NCBI GenBank assembly: GCA_044228685.1
Contig: JBGAUL010000006.1
Location: 74,616-138,615 of the forward strand
Source of the DNA: Chlorobiota bacterium
GTDB lineage: Bacteria; Bacteroidota; Ignavibacteria; Kapaibacteriales; NICIL-2
Direction of reading: 5' to 3'
DNA length: 64,000 bases
The position numbers and the translations under genes were made by a program. Positions within the stretch are counted from its first letter, which is position 1; the number at the start of each line of letters is the position of its first letter. Shown piece by piece: positions 1 to 10,467 of the stretch. A model generated the notes under the pieces. The model saw only the letters and a list, made by a program, of their open reading frames with translations, was not told the origin of the DNA and searched no databases.

Positions 1-681
1 TTTCGTTGGCTACGCGATCGTGAGCCAAAAGAACTTCAAGGTTCCGTGTTTCTCGCCGGATTCCGAGAGCTTCGCGGCGTGTGGAATAATCTCAAGACTC
101 AGCCGCACTTGCAGCTCTTTCTTGGTGCTTTCTTCGTCTATTCGATGGGTGTGCAGACAGTGATCTTGGTGAGCACTTTCTTTGGAACTCAGGTAATAGG
201 AGTGAGCTCAACCGACATGGTGACAATCATTCTGTTACTTCAATTCGTCGCCATCGGTGGTTCCTATGCTTTTTCATGGCTGTCTTCTCGCATCGGAAAC
301 GTTCCCTCACTCATGAGCGCTCTGCTTGTGTGGATCGCAGTGTGCCTGAGCTCGAGTATCATCACGACTTCATTTGAATTCAAAGTGCTGTCGCTCTTAG
401 TCGGCGTCGTTCTTGGCGGAACTCAATCTCTATCACGATCCACATATTCAAAGCTCCTGCCTTCAACTCACGACCACGCATCATACTTCAGTTTCTTTGA
501 TGTCTGTGAAAAGGTGGGCATCGTTTTTGGCATGGTGGTTTATGGTCGCATCTCCGATATCACGGGAAACATGCGTAACGCTGCTTTGTCCTTGGCAGTA
601 TTCTTTATCGTGGGAGGTGCGCTACTCGTCTTGCTCTATCGACGTCAGCGTGCAGCAGCCAGCCAAGTCTCGAGTCTTTGA
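1..681 (+). CDS. MFS transporter (UMF1/Atg22-like), 5' end outside window
   Basis: Frame is open back to base 1; multiple TM helices; GGTQSLSRSTYSKLLP and SYFSFFDVCEK motifs typical of UMF1/BtlA-like MFS. Confidence 0.85.
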   Translation, partial: FRWLRDREPKELQGSVFLAGFRELRGVWNNLKTQPHLQLFLGAFFVYSMGVQTVILVSTFFGTQVIGVSSTDMVTIILLLQFVAIGGSYAFSWLSSRIGNVPSLMSALLVWIAVCLSSSIITTSFEFKVLSLLVGVVLGGTQSLSRSTYSKLLPSTHDHASYFSFFDVCEKVGIVFGMVVYGRISDITGNMRNAALSLAVFFIVGGALLVLLYRRQRAAASQVSSL

Positions 682-724
682 GAGACTGATTAACTTAAAC
701 GGAAGTGTTTAGTGAGTCGTTGAA

Positions 725-1708
725 TTAAGCGATGTGTCCCATCACGACCGGAGATTCCGAGCTCGTACGACGACAGATTTCGTCGGCATGTTCCGGACGA
801 CAAATCACGATTAGTCCAATTCCCAGATTGAACACGTGGCGCATTTCTTCGTCGCTGATTGAACCGGCTTTTTGAATAAGCGAGAAGATGCTCGGCCACT
901 GCCAACTATTCCAATCGATATTAAGCGACATGCCATCCGGCAGAACGCGTGAAGTATTGCCGACAATGCCTCCACCGGTGATATGCGACAACGCGCAGAT
1001 CTTGTTTTCATCTAGCAATGGATGGATCAGTGGTCCGTACGAACGATGCACTGCGAGCAATGCATCTCCAATTGTTCCGCCTAACTCATCCAGATGAGTA
1101 TGAACATTGTACTTAGGAAAGAGCACTTTTCGCGCAAGACTAAATCCGTTGGTATGCAATCCCGTTGAGCGTAAACCAATCATCACATCACCGCGTTGAA
1201 TAGAGCTTCCGTTGAGGACTCGTGACTTCTCAACAACGCCAACAATGGTTCCTGCCATATCGTACTCACCAGGCGCATACATTGATGGCATCTCTGCTGT
1301 TTCACCACCAATGAGTGCGCAGGAATTCTCCGTACATGCTTGAACGAGTCCGCGGATAACCGCTTCACCTACAGATGCATCAAGCTTTCCGGTTGCGAAA
1401 TAATCAAGGAAGAACAATGGCTTTGCGCCGCAGGCTAAGATGTCGTTGACGCAGTGGTTCACGAGGTCCTGTCCCACAGTATCGTGCTTCTCCATTGCAA
1501 AGGCTATCTTCAACTTCGTTCCAACCCCATCTGTGCTGCTCACCAACACAGGATGCTCATAGCCCGGAAAGCGCGCGTCATACAACGCACCGAACATTCC
1601 GATATCAGCCATGACGTTCTCGTTGAATGTGCTACGCACCAAGGGCTTGATTCGACGAACCAGATTGTCGCCTTCTTCAATATCTACACCGGCTGTCTTG
1701 TAATCCAT
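725..1708 (-). CDS. purM: phosphoribosylaminoimidazole (AIR) synthetase
   Basis: MDYKTAGVDI, DGVGTK, GGETAEMP, GLHTNGFSL, HITGGG motifs. Confidence 0.97.
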   Translation of the reverse strand: MDYKTAGVDIEEGDNLVRRIKPLVRSTFNENVMADIGMFGALYDARFPGYEHPVLVSSTDGVGTKLKIAFAMEKHDTVGQDLVNHCVNDILACGAKPLFFLDYFATGKLDASVGEAVIRGLVQACTENSCALIGGETAEMPSMYAPGEYDMAGTIVGVVEKSRVLNGSSIQRGDVMIGLRSTGLHTNGFSLARKVLFPKYNVHTHLDELGGTIGDALLAVHRSYGPLIHPLLDENKICALSHITGGGIVGNTSRVLPDGMSLNIDWNSWQWPSIFSLIQKAGSISDEEMRHVFNLGIGLIVICRPEHADEICRRTSSESPVVMGHIA

Positions 1709-1804
1709 GATCTATTCCACTAAAAAGACGAGCCGGACGCTATTCGCTTCCAGCTCAGGGTTTTGCATTTTGTTTGTTGAGAATTTTCAGCTGCACTCAT
1801 GAGG

Positions 1805-2956
1805 TCAGGCAATTTCTTTCAGCAATTCACGTGCAATCACGATATGCTGAATTTCGCTTGTACCCTCATAAATCTCTGTGATCTTGGCATCGCGTAAGTA
1901 TCGCTCAACCATGTACTCACGCACATAACCGTAGCCACCATGCGTTTGAATTGCTTCCAAGGCAACTTCAACAGCAATCTTCGAAGCATAGAGCTTCGCA
2001 GTTGCTGCTGCCTTGATATAATTCATGTGCTGGTCTTTCATCCATGCTGCACGATGAATCAACAAGCGAGCCGCTTCAACCTTGGTCGACATTTCTGCAA
2101 GCTTAAACTGAATAGCTTGGAGTTCGCAGATTGGCTTTCCAAAAGCCTTACGCTGGGTTGAATAGTGCAGAGCTGCTTCGTAAGCGCCGGCTGCAATACC
2201 CAATGCTTGGGATGCAATGCCGATGCGACCACCATTAAGTGATTCCATGGCGATCTTGAAACCCATTCCAACGCCGCCAAGGACGTTGTCTTTGTGGACG
2301 CGGACATTGGTGAATCCAAGCGAGCAGGTATCGCTGCTGCGAATACCAAGCTTGTCTTCTTTCTTTCCGGGTTCGAATCCAGGTGTTCCCTTTTCAACGA
2401 TGAAACAGGTAATACCCTTGTGACGCTTTTCACGATCGGTTTGAGCAAAGACCAAATAGGTGCTTGCACTTGTGCCGTTGGTGATCCAGTTCTTTGTTCC
2501 GTTCAGGATCCAGTAGTCGCCATCTTGCTCAGCCATGGTGTGCTGTGATGTCGCATCTGAACCTGCTTCGGGCTCACTCAAGCAGTATGCACCAATGACA
2601 TGACCCTGCGCAAGTGGCTTGAGATATTTTTCTTTTTGTGCGTCGTTGCCGTATTCGGTAAGACCCCAACAAACCAGAGAATTGTTCACAGACATGATCA
2701 CGCCACAGCTTGCATCGACTTTGGAAATTTCTTCCATTGCCAGAACGTAGCTAAGTGCGTCTAGACCTGATCCACCCCATTCTGTTGGAACCATCATTCC
2801 CAGAAAACCGAGTTCTCCGAGTTTCTTGACGATTTCAGTGGGGAATTCTGCGTTGATATCACGATCAATTGTGCCCGGGGTGATTTCGTTGCGTGCAAAA
2901 TCGCGAGCCATTTCGCGAATTGACTGATGGGTGTCGGATAATTCGAGATTAAACAT
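1805..2956 (-). CDS. short-chain/butyryl acyl-CoA dehydrogenase
   Basis: YCLSEPEAGSD, NGTKNWITNG, GGRIGIASQALG, GGYGY, IYEGTSEIQ. Confidence 0.95.
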   Translation of the reverse strand: MFNLELSDTHQSIREMARDFARNEITPGTIDRDINAEFPTEIVKKLGELGFLGMMVPTEWGGSGLDALSYVLAMEEISKVDASCGVIMSVNNSLVCWGLTEYGNDAQKEKYLKPLAQGHVIGAYCLSEPEAGSDATSQHTMAEQDGDYWILNGTKNWITNGTSASTYLVFAQTDREKRHKGITCFIVEKGTPGFEPGKKEDKLGIRSSDTCSLGFTNVRVHKDNVLGGVGMGFKIAMESLNGGRIGIASQALGIAAGAYEAALHYSTQRKAFGKPICELQAIQFKLAEMSTKVEAARLLIHRAAWMKDQHMNYIKAAATAKLYASKIAVEVALEAIQTHGGYGYVREYMVERYLRDAKITEIYEGTSEIQHIVIARELLKEIA

Positions 2957-3085
2957 GGTGTTGTGCGAGAAGAAAGAATTCGAGAGTCCATGGCAAAAAT
3001 GCGAAATTTGCTACTACTCGTGCCTTTGAATTGTCAACAGAAGTGCTGTTTCAGCGAAGGAATTTTCCCCGAATCGATGAATTTC

Positions 3086-3826
3086 ATGCGCAAGGTCCTT
3101 TGTTTCCTGTTCCTCAGTCTCTGCCAACCCCTGCTCTCCCAAGGTTCGGCCGGTAGCTCCGCGCCCTACGAATCACGGGTGATCGTTGATATGCCGACAG
3201 CCGGGGTGGTATCGAAGAATCACCTTGGTTTGACGACAGTGGTGTTCAGCGGCGGCGGACTCCTGGCAGACCTCTCTTTTGCGCCCATGGATCGCTTCAA
3301 TATTGGCGTTGGATACAGCGGAGCTAACGTCTTAGGCTCAGGCGCTATCACATGGCAAGGCATTCCTTCCATGCATTTGCGCTACCGCGTTATCGAGGAA
3401 ACCTTGGAAGTGCCGGCGATCATGGCAGGTTTGCAGACTCAAGGACGAGGTCCGGTGCAGAATAAAATCTTTCAAACAGCTTCCCCGGGACTCTTTCTTT
3501 CCGCCTCAAAACAATTTCGTTGGTGGGCCGGTACTGTGGCTTTGCACGGTGGCGGTGGTTATTCGCTCGACCTTGCGTTCAATGGTCAGGGCGTGAATCT
3601 TTGGGCCGGACTCGAACAATCGCTCGGCTCCTCAGCATCATTCATGCTCGAAGTCAATCCGACCATGAATGACAACGCCAGCGGACTTCTCCTGAACTGC
3701 TCGCTTCGTTGGGTGATTTCAACCGGCTTCACACTCGAACTCCAAGCGCGAGATTTACTGGCAACTCTTCCCGCTCAAAGCAATTTCAATCGCTGTCTTG
3801 CTTTTGAAATAAATCGTCGTCCTTGA
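3086..3826 (+). CDS. exported beta-rich protein, YjbH-like outer-membrane barrel candidate
   Basis: Signal peptide MRKVLCFLFLSLCQPLLSQ; VDMPTAGV motif and alternating beta-strand pattern; start moved from 2963. Confidence 0.55.
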   Translation: MRKVLCFLFLSLCQPLLSQGSAGSSAPYESRVIVDMPTAGVVSKNHLGLTTVVFSGGGLLADLSFAPMDRFNIGVGYSGANVLGSGAITWQGIPSMHLRYRVIEETLEVPAIMAGLQTQGRGPVQNKIFQTASPGLFLSASKQFRWWAGTVALHGGGGYSLDLAFNGQGVNLWAGLEQSLGSSASFMLEVNPTMNDNASGLLLNCSLRWVISTGFTLELQARDLLATLPAQSNFNRCLAFEINRRP

Positions 3827-3854
3827 GTTTTTCGCTCCAAGGAATTTCGGCGAC

Positions 3855-3888
3855 AAAAAAAGGTCTGTCCTGAAATCAAGACAGACCC
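3855..3888 (-). terminator. intrinsic terminator after pepF-like gene
   Basis: GGTCTGTC...GACAGACC stem with A7 on + side (U-tract on minus strand), between convergent genes. Confidence 0.8.
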
Positions 3889-3909
3889 TGAAAGAGTTTT
3901 GCTCTGCTC

Positions 3910-5709
3910 TTAAGCAGTGCGTCGTGCGACGATTTCTTCGGCTTGTGTGAGCAGTGAATCGATGAACTGCAATCCACGTGACCAGAATTGTGGATCAGCC
4001 AGATCAATACCGAATGGCTTCAGCAAATTGTCGGGAGTATCACGTCCTCCGGCTGACAGTAAGTCGATATAGCGCTGCTTGAAGCTCTCGTCATCTTCCT
4101 TGTAAATCTCATACAATGCCAGTACCAACAACTCACCAAAGGCATATGCATAGACGTAGCCAGGTGTGTGGATGAAGTGCGAGATGTAGGTCCACCAGTT
4201 ACGGTAGTTGTCCGAGATGGTCACTTCCGAACCGTAGCTCGGCAACTGTGTCTGCATCCAGAGTTCGGCAAAACGACGAGGACTTAACTCTCCTTCGCTG
4301 CGACGAGCATTGTGGATTGCATCTTCGAATCGGTTGAGTGCGATCTGACGGAAGACCGTGTTGATGATGTCATTCAACTTTTCCATCAGCAAGGTCAAAC
4401 GCTTTTCGTCGTTTGTTGCGTTATTCATCAGCGAATCAAAGACCAACATTTCTCCGAACACCGAAGCTGTTTCAGCAATTGTCAATGGCGTGCTGCAATT
4501 GAAGTAGCCTTGAACGCGACTGAGATATTGGTGAACACCGTGACCAAGCTCGTGCGCCAAAGTCTTGACGTCGCGCTGTGTTCCGGTGTAATTCATGAAG
4601 ATGTACGGATGCACGCTCGGAACAGCCGGCGATGCATAAGCACCATTTTGCTTGCCCGGTCTGAGTGCAGCATCAATCCAGTTCTTTTCGAAGAACTCAT
4701 CGACAATTGCACCGATACTCGGATGGAACTTGTGGTACGCTGCACTGACCATCTCTTGCGCCTCTGACCACGACATGCGCTGCGTGTCTTCGGTTGCCGG
4801 TGCATTGCGATCCCATTCATAGAAATCATCGAGTCCAAGCAGTCTCTTCTTCAGCGCGAAAAAGCGATGAGGAATATCGTAACGTTGAACAACAGATTGA
4901 ACCAGAATATCAACTGATTCATCGCTGATCTTGTTTGCCATATTACGCGAGCTGATCCAGCTCGAATAACCGCGGATGCGATCGTCGAGCATGCGATCCG
5001 CCAACACTGTGTTGAACACAAATGCGTTCATTGATGCTGATTGATCCAATCCTGCCGTGAATGCTTCCGCAGCTTTGCGACGAACATCGCGATCACGATG
5101 AGCCATCATTTGCATGAGCTCTTGCTGAGTCACACTGCGACCATCGAGATTGAACATCTTCGCTGATTGCATTTGATCGAAAAAACGCACCCATGCGGTG
5201 AGACCCGTCATGTCCTTTTCCGCATCCAAAACTTCCTCAGCTTCGCTAAGTGTGTGCTTGCGGAACTGACGATTGAATTCCAGCCAATGACGATAGTGAG
5301 CAAGCGTGGGTGAGTCTTGCAGATACTTGAAGTGCTCATCGCTGATGTTGCGAAGCTCGACGCTGACGAAGATGAGATGACGACGAATAGTCGTCAGATT
5401 CTCCATCGTCGCTTGCAATGCCGCATTAAGTTCATCATTCTGTGAGTTGGTCGTCCAATCCAAACGCACACGCGTTGCCAAACGTCCAATCGTTTCGTTG
5501 ATGTTCTCAAGCTGCGTTATCATTTGCAGCATTTCTTCGTCGCCAAGACTGACAATCTTGCCGTGCCAGCGCTTGTTGAATTGCTGCGCACGCTGCTTGA
5601 CGTCGTTCATGTCATCGACAAAAGCACCGTCGTTAAAGGTTGGATACAAATCGCTCAAATTCCACGATACATGTTCCGCGCCTGTTTGTTCTGACTCGCT
5701 CAAACTCAT
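3910..5709 (-). CDS. pepF: oligoendopeptidase F (peptidase M3B)
   Basis: WNLSDLY N-terminus, GKQNGAY, TLAHELGHGVH zinc motif, AETASVFGE, YVYAYAFG. Confidence 0.92.
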   Translation of the reverse strand: MSLSESEQTGAEHVSWNLSDLYPTFNDGAFVDDMNDVKQRAQQFNKRWHGKIVSLGDEEMLQMITQLENINETIGRLATRVRLDWTTNSQNDELNAALQATMENLTTIRRHLIFVSVELRNISDEHFKYLQDSPTLAHYRHWLEFNRQFRKHTLSEAEEVLDAEKDMTGLTAWVRFFDQMQSAKMFNLDGRSVTQQELMQMMAHRDRDVRRKAAEAFTAGLDQSASMNAFVFNTVLADRMLDDRIRGYSSWISSRNMANKISDESVDILVQSVVQRYDIPHRFFALKKRLLGLDDFYEWDRNAPATEDTQRMSWSEAQEMVSAAYHKFHPSIGAIVDEFFEKNWIDAALRPGKQNGAYASPAVPSVHPYIFMNYTGTQRDVKTLAHELGHGVHQYLSRVQGYFNCSTPLTIAETASVFGEMLVFDSLMNNATNDEKRLTLLMEKLNDIINTVFRQIALNRFEDAIHNARRSEGELSPRRFAELWMQTQLPSYGSEVTISDNYRNWWTYISHFIHTPGYVYAYAFGELLVLALYEIYKEDDESFKQRYIDLLSAGGRDTPDNLLKPFGIDLADPQFWSRGLQFIDSLLTQAEEIVARRTA

Positions 5710-5834
5710 ATCAATCTCTAAAAAGGTTAATTCTCGTTTTTCTATCTACAACTCCATCACATTTCGTACCAAAGCTCAGAGCTCGCCGATTGCTGGAAGT
5801 ATAGGGTATTTCAGCCGACGTATCCTGCCGACGC

Positions 5835-6686
5835 TTATTGTGCGTAGTTGTAGAAGCCGCGACCTGTCTTTTTGCCCAAAGTTCCCGCTGCAACCATGCG
5901 ACGCAGCAGTGGACACGGACGATACTTGCTGTCGCCAAGACCTTCGTGCAGCACTTCCATGATCGCCAGGCACACGTCTAGTCCAATAAAATCTGCTAGG
6001 GTGAGCGGTCCCATTGGATGCGCCATTCCAAGCTTCATGACGGTGTCGATGTCCTCGACGGATGCCACATTTTCCATGACACAATAAATCGCTTCGTTGA
6101 TCATAGGCATCAAAATGCGGTTCGAAATGAAGCCCGGATAATCCTGAACTTCAACCGGTGTCTTGCCGGTGCGAACTGCTAAATCTTTTACAGCTTGGTA
6201 AGTCTCGTCGCTTGTTGATTGTCCACGCACAATCTCACACAGCTTCATCACCGGAACCGGATTGAAGAAGTGCATACCAATCACCTTTTCGGCGCGCTGA
6301 GTTGTGGCTGCGATTTGCGTAATACTGATGGATGATGTGTTGGTAGCCAGAATCGCTTCCGGTTTAGCCGCCAAATCAACGATCTTGAACAACTGCTTCT
6401 TCAACTCGAAATTCTCGCTTGCTGCTTCAATAATGAGATCTGCTTGCGAAGCCGCTGCAACCAGGTCGGTCGTGGTTGTGATGCGAGCCAGCGTCTGCGC
6501 CTTGTCTTCTTCCGTCAAACTACCCTTTTTAACCTGACGTGAGAGATTGGCGTCAATCGTTGACAAACCGCGCTGCAATGCAGCATCATTAACATCAACC
6601 AAATGCACATTTAAGCCGCTTTGGGCATGAAGATGGGCAATACCATTTCCCATTGTACCGGCGCCGATTACTACGAGTGAATTCAT
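5835..6686 (-). CDS. hbd: 3-hydroxybutyryl-CoA dehydrogenase
   Basis: [12 protein letters not shown] Rossmann motif, [32 protein letters not shown]; start moved to MNSLVV. Confidence 0.93.
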   Translation of the reverse strand: MNSLVVIGAGTMGNGIAHLHAQSGLNVHLVDVNDAALQRGLSTIDANLSRQVKKGSLTEEDKAQTLARITTTTDLVAAASQADLIIEAASENFELKKQLFKIVDLAAKPEAILATNTSSISITQIAATTQRAEKVIGMHFFNPVPVMKLCEIVRGQSTSDETYQAVKDLAVRTGKTPVEVQDYPGFISNRILMPMINEAIYCVMENVASVEDIDTVMKLGMAHPMGPLTLADFIGLDVCLAIMEVLHEGLGDSKYRPCPLLRRMVAAGTLGKKTGRGFYNYAQ

Positions 6687-6874
6687 ATGCGAGACAATTC
6701 GTGTGGTCAAAAACAGTAGCAACAAAAATACGGAGTAGGTACTGCACGTCAGAGTGTTCCAAACGCATCTCGACTATAGTTTTCACTATTGTTTTCACAT
6801 TTAGCCCCCGAATTGAAGCCTAGGGCTTAATTCTTCGTAGTTTTGAATTCGGATACATTTCTCCTAAATACATT

Positions 6875-7870
6875 GTGAATACTGACATTTCTATTGATCA
6901 TCTGCTAGAGCTCCAGTCGCTCATCGATGAGATTCGTGATCTCAAAAAGCAGAAAGACGCCGTCATTGTCGCTCACTACTACATGAGTCCCGAACTTCAA
7001 CTCCTCGAGAACTACGGCGGTATCGCTGATTTTATCGGTGATTCGCTTGGATTGAGTCTGGAAGCCAAGAAGGTTGAGCATCAGAACATCGTGTTCTGTG
7101 GCGTTCGCTTCATGGCAGAGAGTGCGAAGATCATGAGTCCGCAAAAAGGTGTATTCCTTCCCGATCACGATGCGGGCTGTTCTCTTGCCTCAAGTATTCG
7201 CGCTGAAGATGTGCGAGAACTACGTCGACGCTATCCCGGACGTCCAGTCGTAGCCTACGTCAACACCTACGCCGACGTCAAAGCTGAAGCTGATGTGTGC
7301 TGCACATCGCGCAATGCAATTCGCATCATTGAGTCCTTTGAGAGTGAAGAAGTGATCTTTGTTCCGGATCGCTACATGGGACAAAATCTGCAATCGCAAC
7401 TAGCCAAACGCGGCAACAAACTTCTGATCATGTGGGATGGCGTCTGTGAAGTGCACGAGCAATTCGAGAAAACCATGCTCAGCGCCGTCTGCGCAAAGCA
7501 TCCCGAGGCCGAAGTCTTGCTGCACTGGGAAGTTCCTCAAAACACCGTCAATTCAACGCTTGATCACGAGAACGGAATTCTTGGATCGACCAACGACATC
7601 ATCAACTACGTCAAGAACAGTCAGGCACAGAGTTTTATTCTTGCAAGTGAATGTGATCTTGGAGCGACGCTCAAAGGACTCTACCCTTCACGAACCTTTA
7701 TCACTCCCTGTATTCGCTGTCCGCACATGAAACGCATCACGCTTGAAAACACCTTGCGTGCGCTCAAGAGTATTGGAACACAAGAGCAGGCTGATTTTGA
7801 GATTGTTCTCGACGAAGAACTCATGAGTCGCGCACGACGTCCGATCGAACGAATGCTCGAATTCGCATGA
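6875..7870 (+). CDS. nadA: quinolinate synthase
   Basis: AHYY, GDSL, FCGVRFMAE, AGCSLA, YVNT, CCTSRNA, CEVHE, CPHMK (Fe-S cysteines); overlaps nadB start (ATGA). Confidence 0.95.
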   Translation: MNTDISIDHLLELQSLIDEIRDLKKQKDAVIVAHYYMSPELQLLENYGGIADFIGDSLGLSLEAKKVEHQNIVFCGVRFMAESAKIMSPQKGVFLPDHDAGCSLASSIRAEDVRELRRRYPGRPVVAYVNTYADVKAEADVCCTSRNAIRIIESFESEEVIFVPDRYMGQNLQSQLAKRGNKLLIMWDGVCEVHEQFEKTMLSAVCAKHPEAEVLLHWEVPQNTVNSTLDHENGILGSTNDIINYVKNSQAQSFILASECDLGATLKGLYPSRTFITPCIRCPHMKRITLENTLRALKSIGTQEQADFEIVLDEELMSRARRPIERMLEFA

Positions 7871-9378
7871 AGCGAATCGACACCGATGTACTCGTCATTG
7901 GAAGCGGCATAGCCGGACTCTTCTATGCCATCAAATGCGCTGAATTTGCGAGCGTGGTCGTTGTCACGAAATCGGGTATCGGTGATTCCAACACGCTCTA
8001 CGCCCAAGGCGGTATCGCAGCAGTTACGCATCGTCATGACAGCATCGAAGCACACATCCGCGATACTCTTGCTGCCGGCGATGGATTGTGTAATGAAGAA
8101 ACCGTCCGCTTGGTCGCCACCGCTGCTCCCGACTGCATCCGCGAACTTGAAGATCTCAGTGTGAACTTTGATCGAAACGCTGACGGCGACTTCGATCTTC
8201 ACCGCGAAGGCGGTCACTCGCATTCCCGCGTGTTACACACCAAAGACGCAACCGGACGTGAAGTAGAGAACTCTTTGGTCAAGCATCTTCGCGCCCTCCC
8301 TCGCGTTCAAGTCTTTGAACACCACATGGTGCTTGATCTCTTGAGCAGCGACAACCAGTGTCAAGGCGCTTGCGTCCTTGATTGCGAGCACAACGAACAA
8401 ATCAGCATCTCCTCCTCCATCACCATGCTCGCCAGCGGTGGAGCGTCCTGCATCTTTGAGCACAATACAAATCCACCTATTGCCACCGGCGATGGACTCG
8501 CCATCGCACATCGCGCAGGTGTTGAGTTACGCGATTTGGAATTCGTGCAGTTTCATCCGACTGCCCTCGTATCAAAGCAGAAACAAACTTTTCTCATCAG
8601 TGAGGCTGTGCGCGGTTTTGGAGCCGTTCTTCGCAACGCGCAAGGCGAAGAGTTCATGAGGCACTATCATCCCATGGCTCACCTTGCTCCACGCGATGTG
8701 GTGAGCAAGGCGATCAGCACTGAGCTTGAAAAGAGTGGCGATCCCTGCGTGTACCTCGATCTTCGTCATTGCGATATCGTGGATTTTCGCAAACACTTCC
8801 CCACGATCGCCGCACGCTGTGATGAAGAAGGTATCGACGTTGCACATGACATGATTCCTGTCACTCCGGCTGCTCACTATTTCTGTGGTGGAGTTGCGAC
8901 CGATCTGCATGCGCGCACTTCGCTCGCACGACTATACGCCTGCGGAGAAGTAGCCTGCACCGGACTCCACGGCGCGAACCGTCTGGCATCGAACTCCTTG
9001 CTTGAAGGCTTAGTCTTTGCACGCGAAGCCGCGCTCGACGCTAAAGTTGTTTTGAAGAACACTCGTACGGCTTTCAACAACAGCTGCGTTGAACAACAAA
9101 TCAGCAGCACATCCGATCTCGATCGCAGTCTCACTCGTCATCAACTGCAGTCGCTGATGTGGCACAAAGCCGGCATTCGTCGCACTGCTACGAGTCTGCA
9201 AGAAGCCAATACGCAGCTACTCGAAATCCAAGCACGCATCGTCGACGAAATCAAGGGCAATGGCATCTGCGCAGAAATCGCCGAACTCAACAACATGTGC
9301 TGCGTCAGCCTTCTACTCGTGCAAGCAGCGCAAGGCCGCAAGCACTCAGTCGGTTGTCACTGGCGTTTGGATGAATAA
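7867..9378 (+). CDS. nadB: L-aspartate oxidase
   Basis: IGSGIAGL, AQGGIAA, REGGHS, QFHPT, LISEAVRG, PRDVV, AHYFCGG, GLHGANRLASNSLLE. Confidence 0.96.
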   Translation: MKRIDTDVLVIGSGIAGLFYAIKCAEFASVVVVTKSGIGDSNTLYAQGGIAAVTHRHDSIEAHIRDTLAAGDGLCNEETVRLVATAAPDCIRELEDLSVNFDRNADGDFDLHREGGHSHSRVLHTKDATGREVENSLVKHLRALPRVQVFEHHMVLDLLSSDNQCQGACVLDCEHNEQISISSSITMLASGGASCIFEHNTNPPIATGDGLAIAHRAGVELRDLEFVQFHPTALVSKQKQTFLISEAVRGFGAVLRNAQGEEFMRHYHPMAHLAPRDVVSKAISTELEKSGDPCVYLDLRHCDIVDFRKHFPTIAARCDEEGIDVAHDMIPVTPAAHYFCGGVATDLHARTSLARLYACGEVACTGLHGANRLASNSLLEGLVFAREAALDAKVVLKNTRTAFNNSCVEQQISSTSDLDRSLTRHQLQSLMWHKAGIRRTATSLQEANTQLLEIQARIVDEIKGNGICAEIAELNNMCCVSLLLVQAAQGRKHSVGCHWRLDE

Positions 9379-9453
9379 GAGAAGAATATTGTTCGCCTCC
9401 TGCAACTCCCCAGCCTCACAGGCCACAACCCGGTTGGCTCCAAGCCTCTTTCT

Positions 9454-10467
9454 TTAGAGAGCAGAAGTGTTGCTAACAGTGGCGAAGCGCATTCTGTTCA
9501 TGACGATTGAGCGAGCCAGAAGAATTGCCTCGCGAGTGCTGGCGCCGTCTGCAAGATTCTTCCCAGCCAAAGTATAAGCAGTGCCATGATCCGGCGAACA
9601 GCGAACGATGGGAAGATTAGCACTGAAATTCACTCCTGCACCACCGGCAAGGAGCTTGAGAGGAATCAAACCTTGATCATGATACATGGCAAGTATGCCG
9701 TCATAGTGTGCATATGAGCCATGCGCAAAAAAACCATCAGCTGGAAACGGTCCTTCGATGTGCATTCCCTCAGCTAGCGCATCGTTAATTGCCAGAAGAA
9801 TGACCTCGCGTTCTTCCGTGCCAATATCTCCATTCTCACCGGCGTGCGGATTCAATCCTAAGACGGCAATTCGAGGCTGCGCAATGTCGTAGTCGCGACG
9901 ACAACTCAAGTGCAGACTACGAATGTGCTGTAGGACAGCATCTCTTTGAATGTGCGCTGCGACGTCTTTCAAGGCAATGTGAATTGTTTGCAAAGCAACA
10001 CGAAGAGAGTTGTGACAGAGAATCATCAACTCTTGTCCCAGTGAATTGGATGCTTCAGCGAAGAACTCGGTCTGACCCGGATGTGTGAATCCCACAGTGT
10101 GGAGATTTTTCTTTGATACCGGCAAGGTCACGACTGCATCTACAGCGCCGCTGACACAGAGTTGTGCAGCCTTTTGTAATGATTCAAAAGCCAACGCAGC
10201 AGCGTCGCTGCGTTCTTGACCAAGATTGATTTCGGCTTGTGTTTGACAAGTGATAATGTCAATGCAAATCGTTCCCAAATTCAGCATGTTATCGTGAATG
10301 CTGAACTCAACACCGATCTGTGACAAGTAGTCGACGAGTATTTGAGGATGAATGATGAGCTGAATCGATGTGTCGGCAAGCTCGCTTGGAGCGAGTGAGA
10401 GCAGTGCTTTCACAAGGACTTCGAGTCCGATGCCGTTACAGTCGCCACAGCTAATTGCGATCTTCAT
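9454..10467 (-). CDS. pdxA: 4-hydroxythreonine-4-phosphate dehydrogenase
   Basis: GDCNGIGLE, GLNPHAGENG, GPFPADG, MYHDQGLIPLK, SPDHGTA. Confidence 0.93.
   Translation of the reverse strand: MKIAISCGDCNGIGLEVLVKALLSLAPSELADTSIQLIIHPQILVDYLSQIGVEFSIHDNMLNLGTICIDIITCQTQAEINLGQERSDAAALAFESLQKAAQLCVSGAVDAVVTLPVSKKNLHTVGFTHPGQTEFFAEASNSLGQELMILCHNSLRVALQTIHIALKDVAAHIQRDAVLQHIRSLHLSCRRDYDIAQPRIAVLGLNPHAGENGDIGTEEREVILLAINDALAEGMHIEGPFPADGFFAHGSYAHYDGILAMYHDQGLIPLKLLAGGAGVNFSANLPIVRCSPDHGTAYTLAGKNLADGASTREAILLARSIVMNRMRFATVSNTSAL

Noticed and set aside
2369-2380. GGGTTCGAATCC, identical to the tRNA-Ser T-arm, as a possible att site
   Set aside because: Only 12 bp, lies inside the acyl-CoA dehydrogenase CDS (encodes GFEP on the minus strand), does not extend into the acceptor stem, and no integrase is present
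7681-8223. 180-aa antisense ORF over nadA/nadB
   Set aside because: Shadow ORF opposite well-conserved genes; no recognisable motifs
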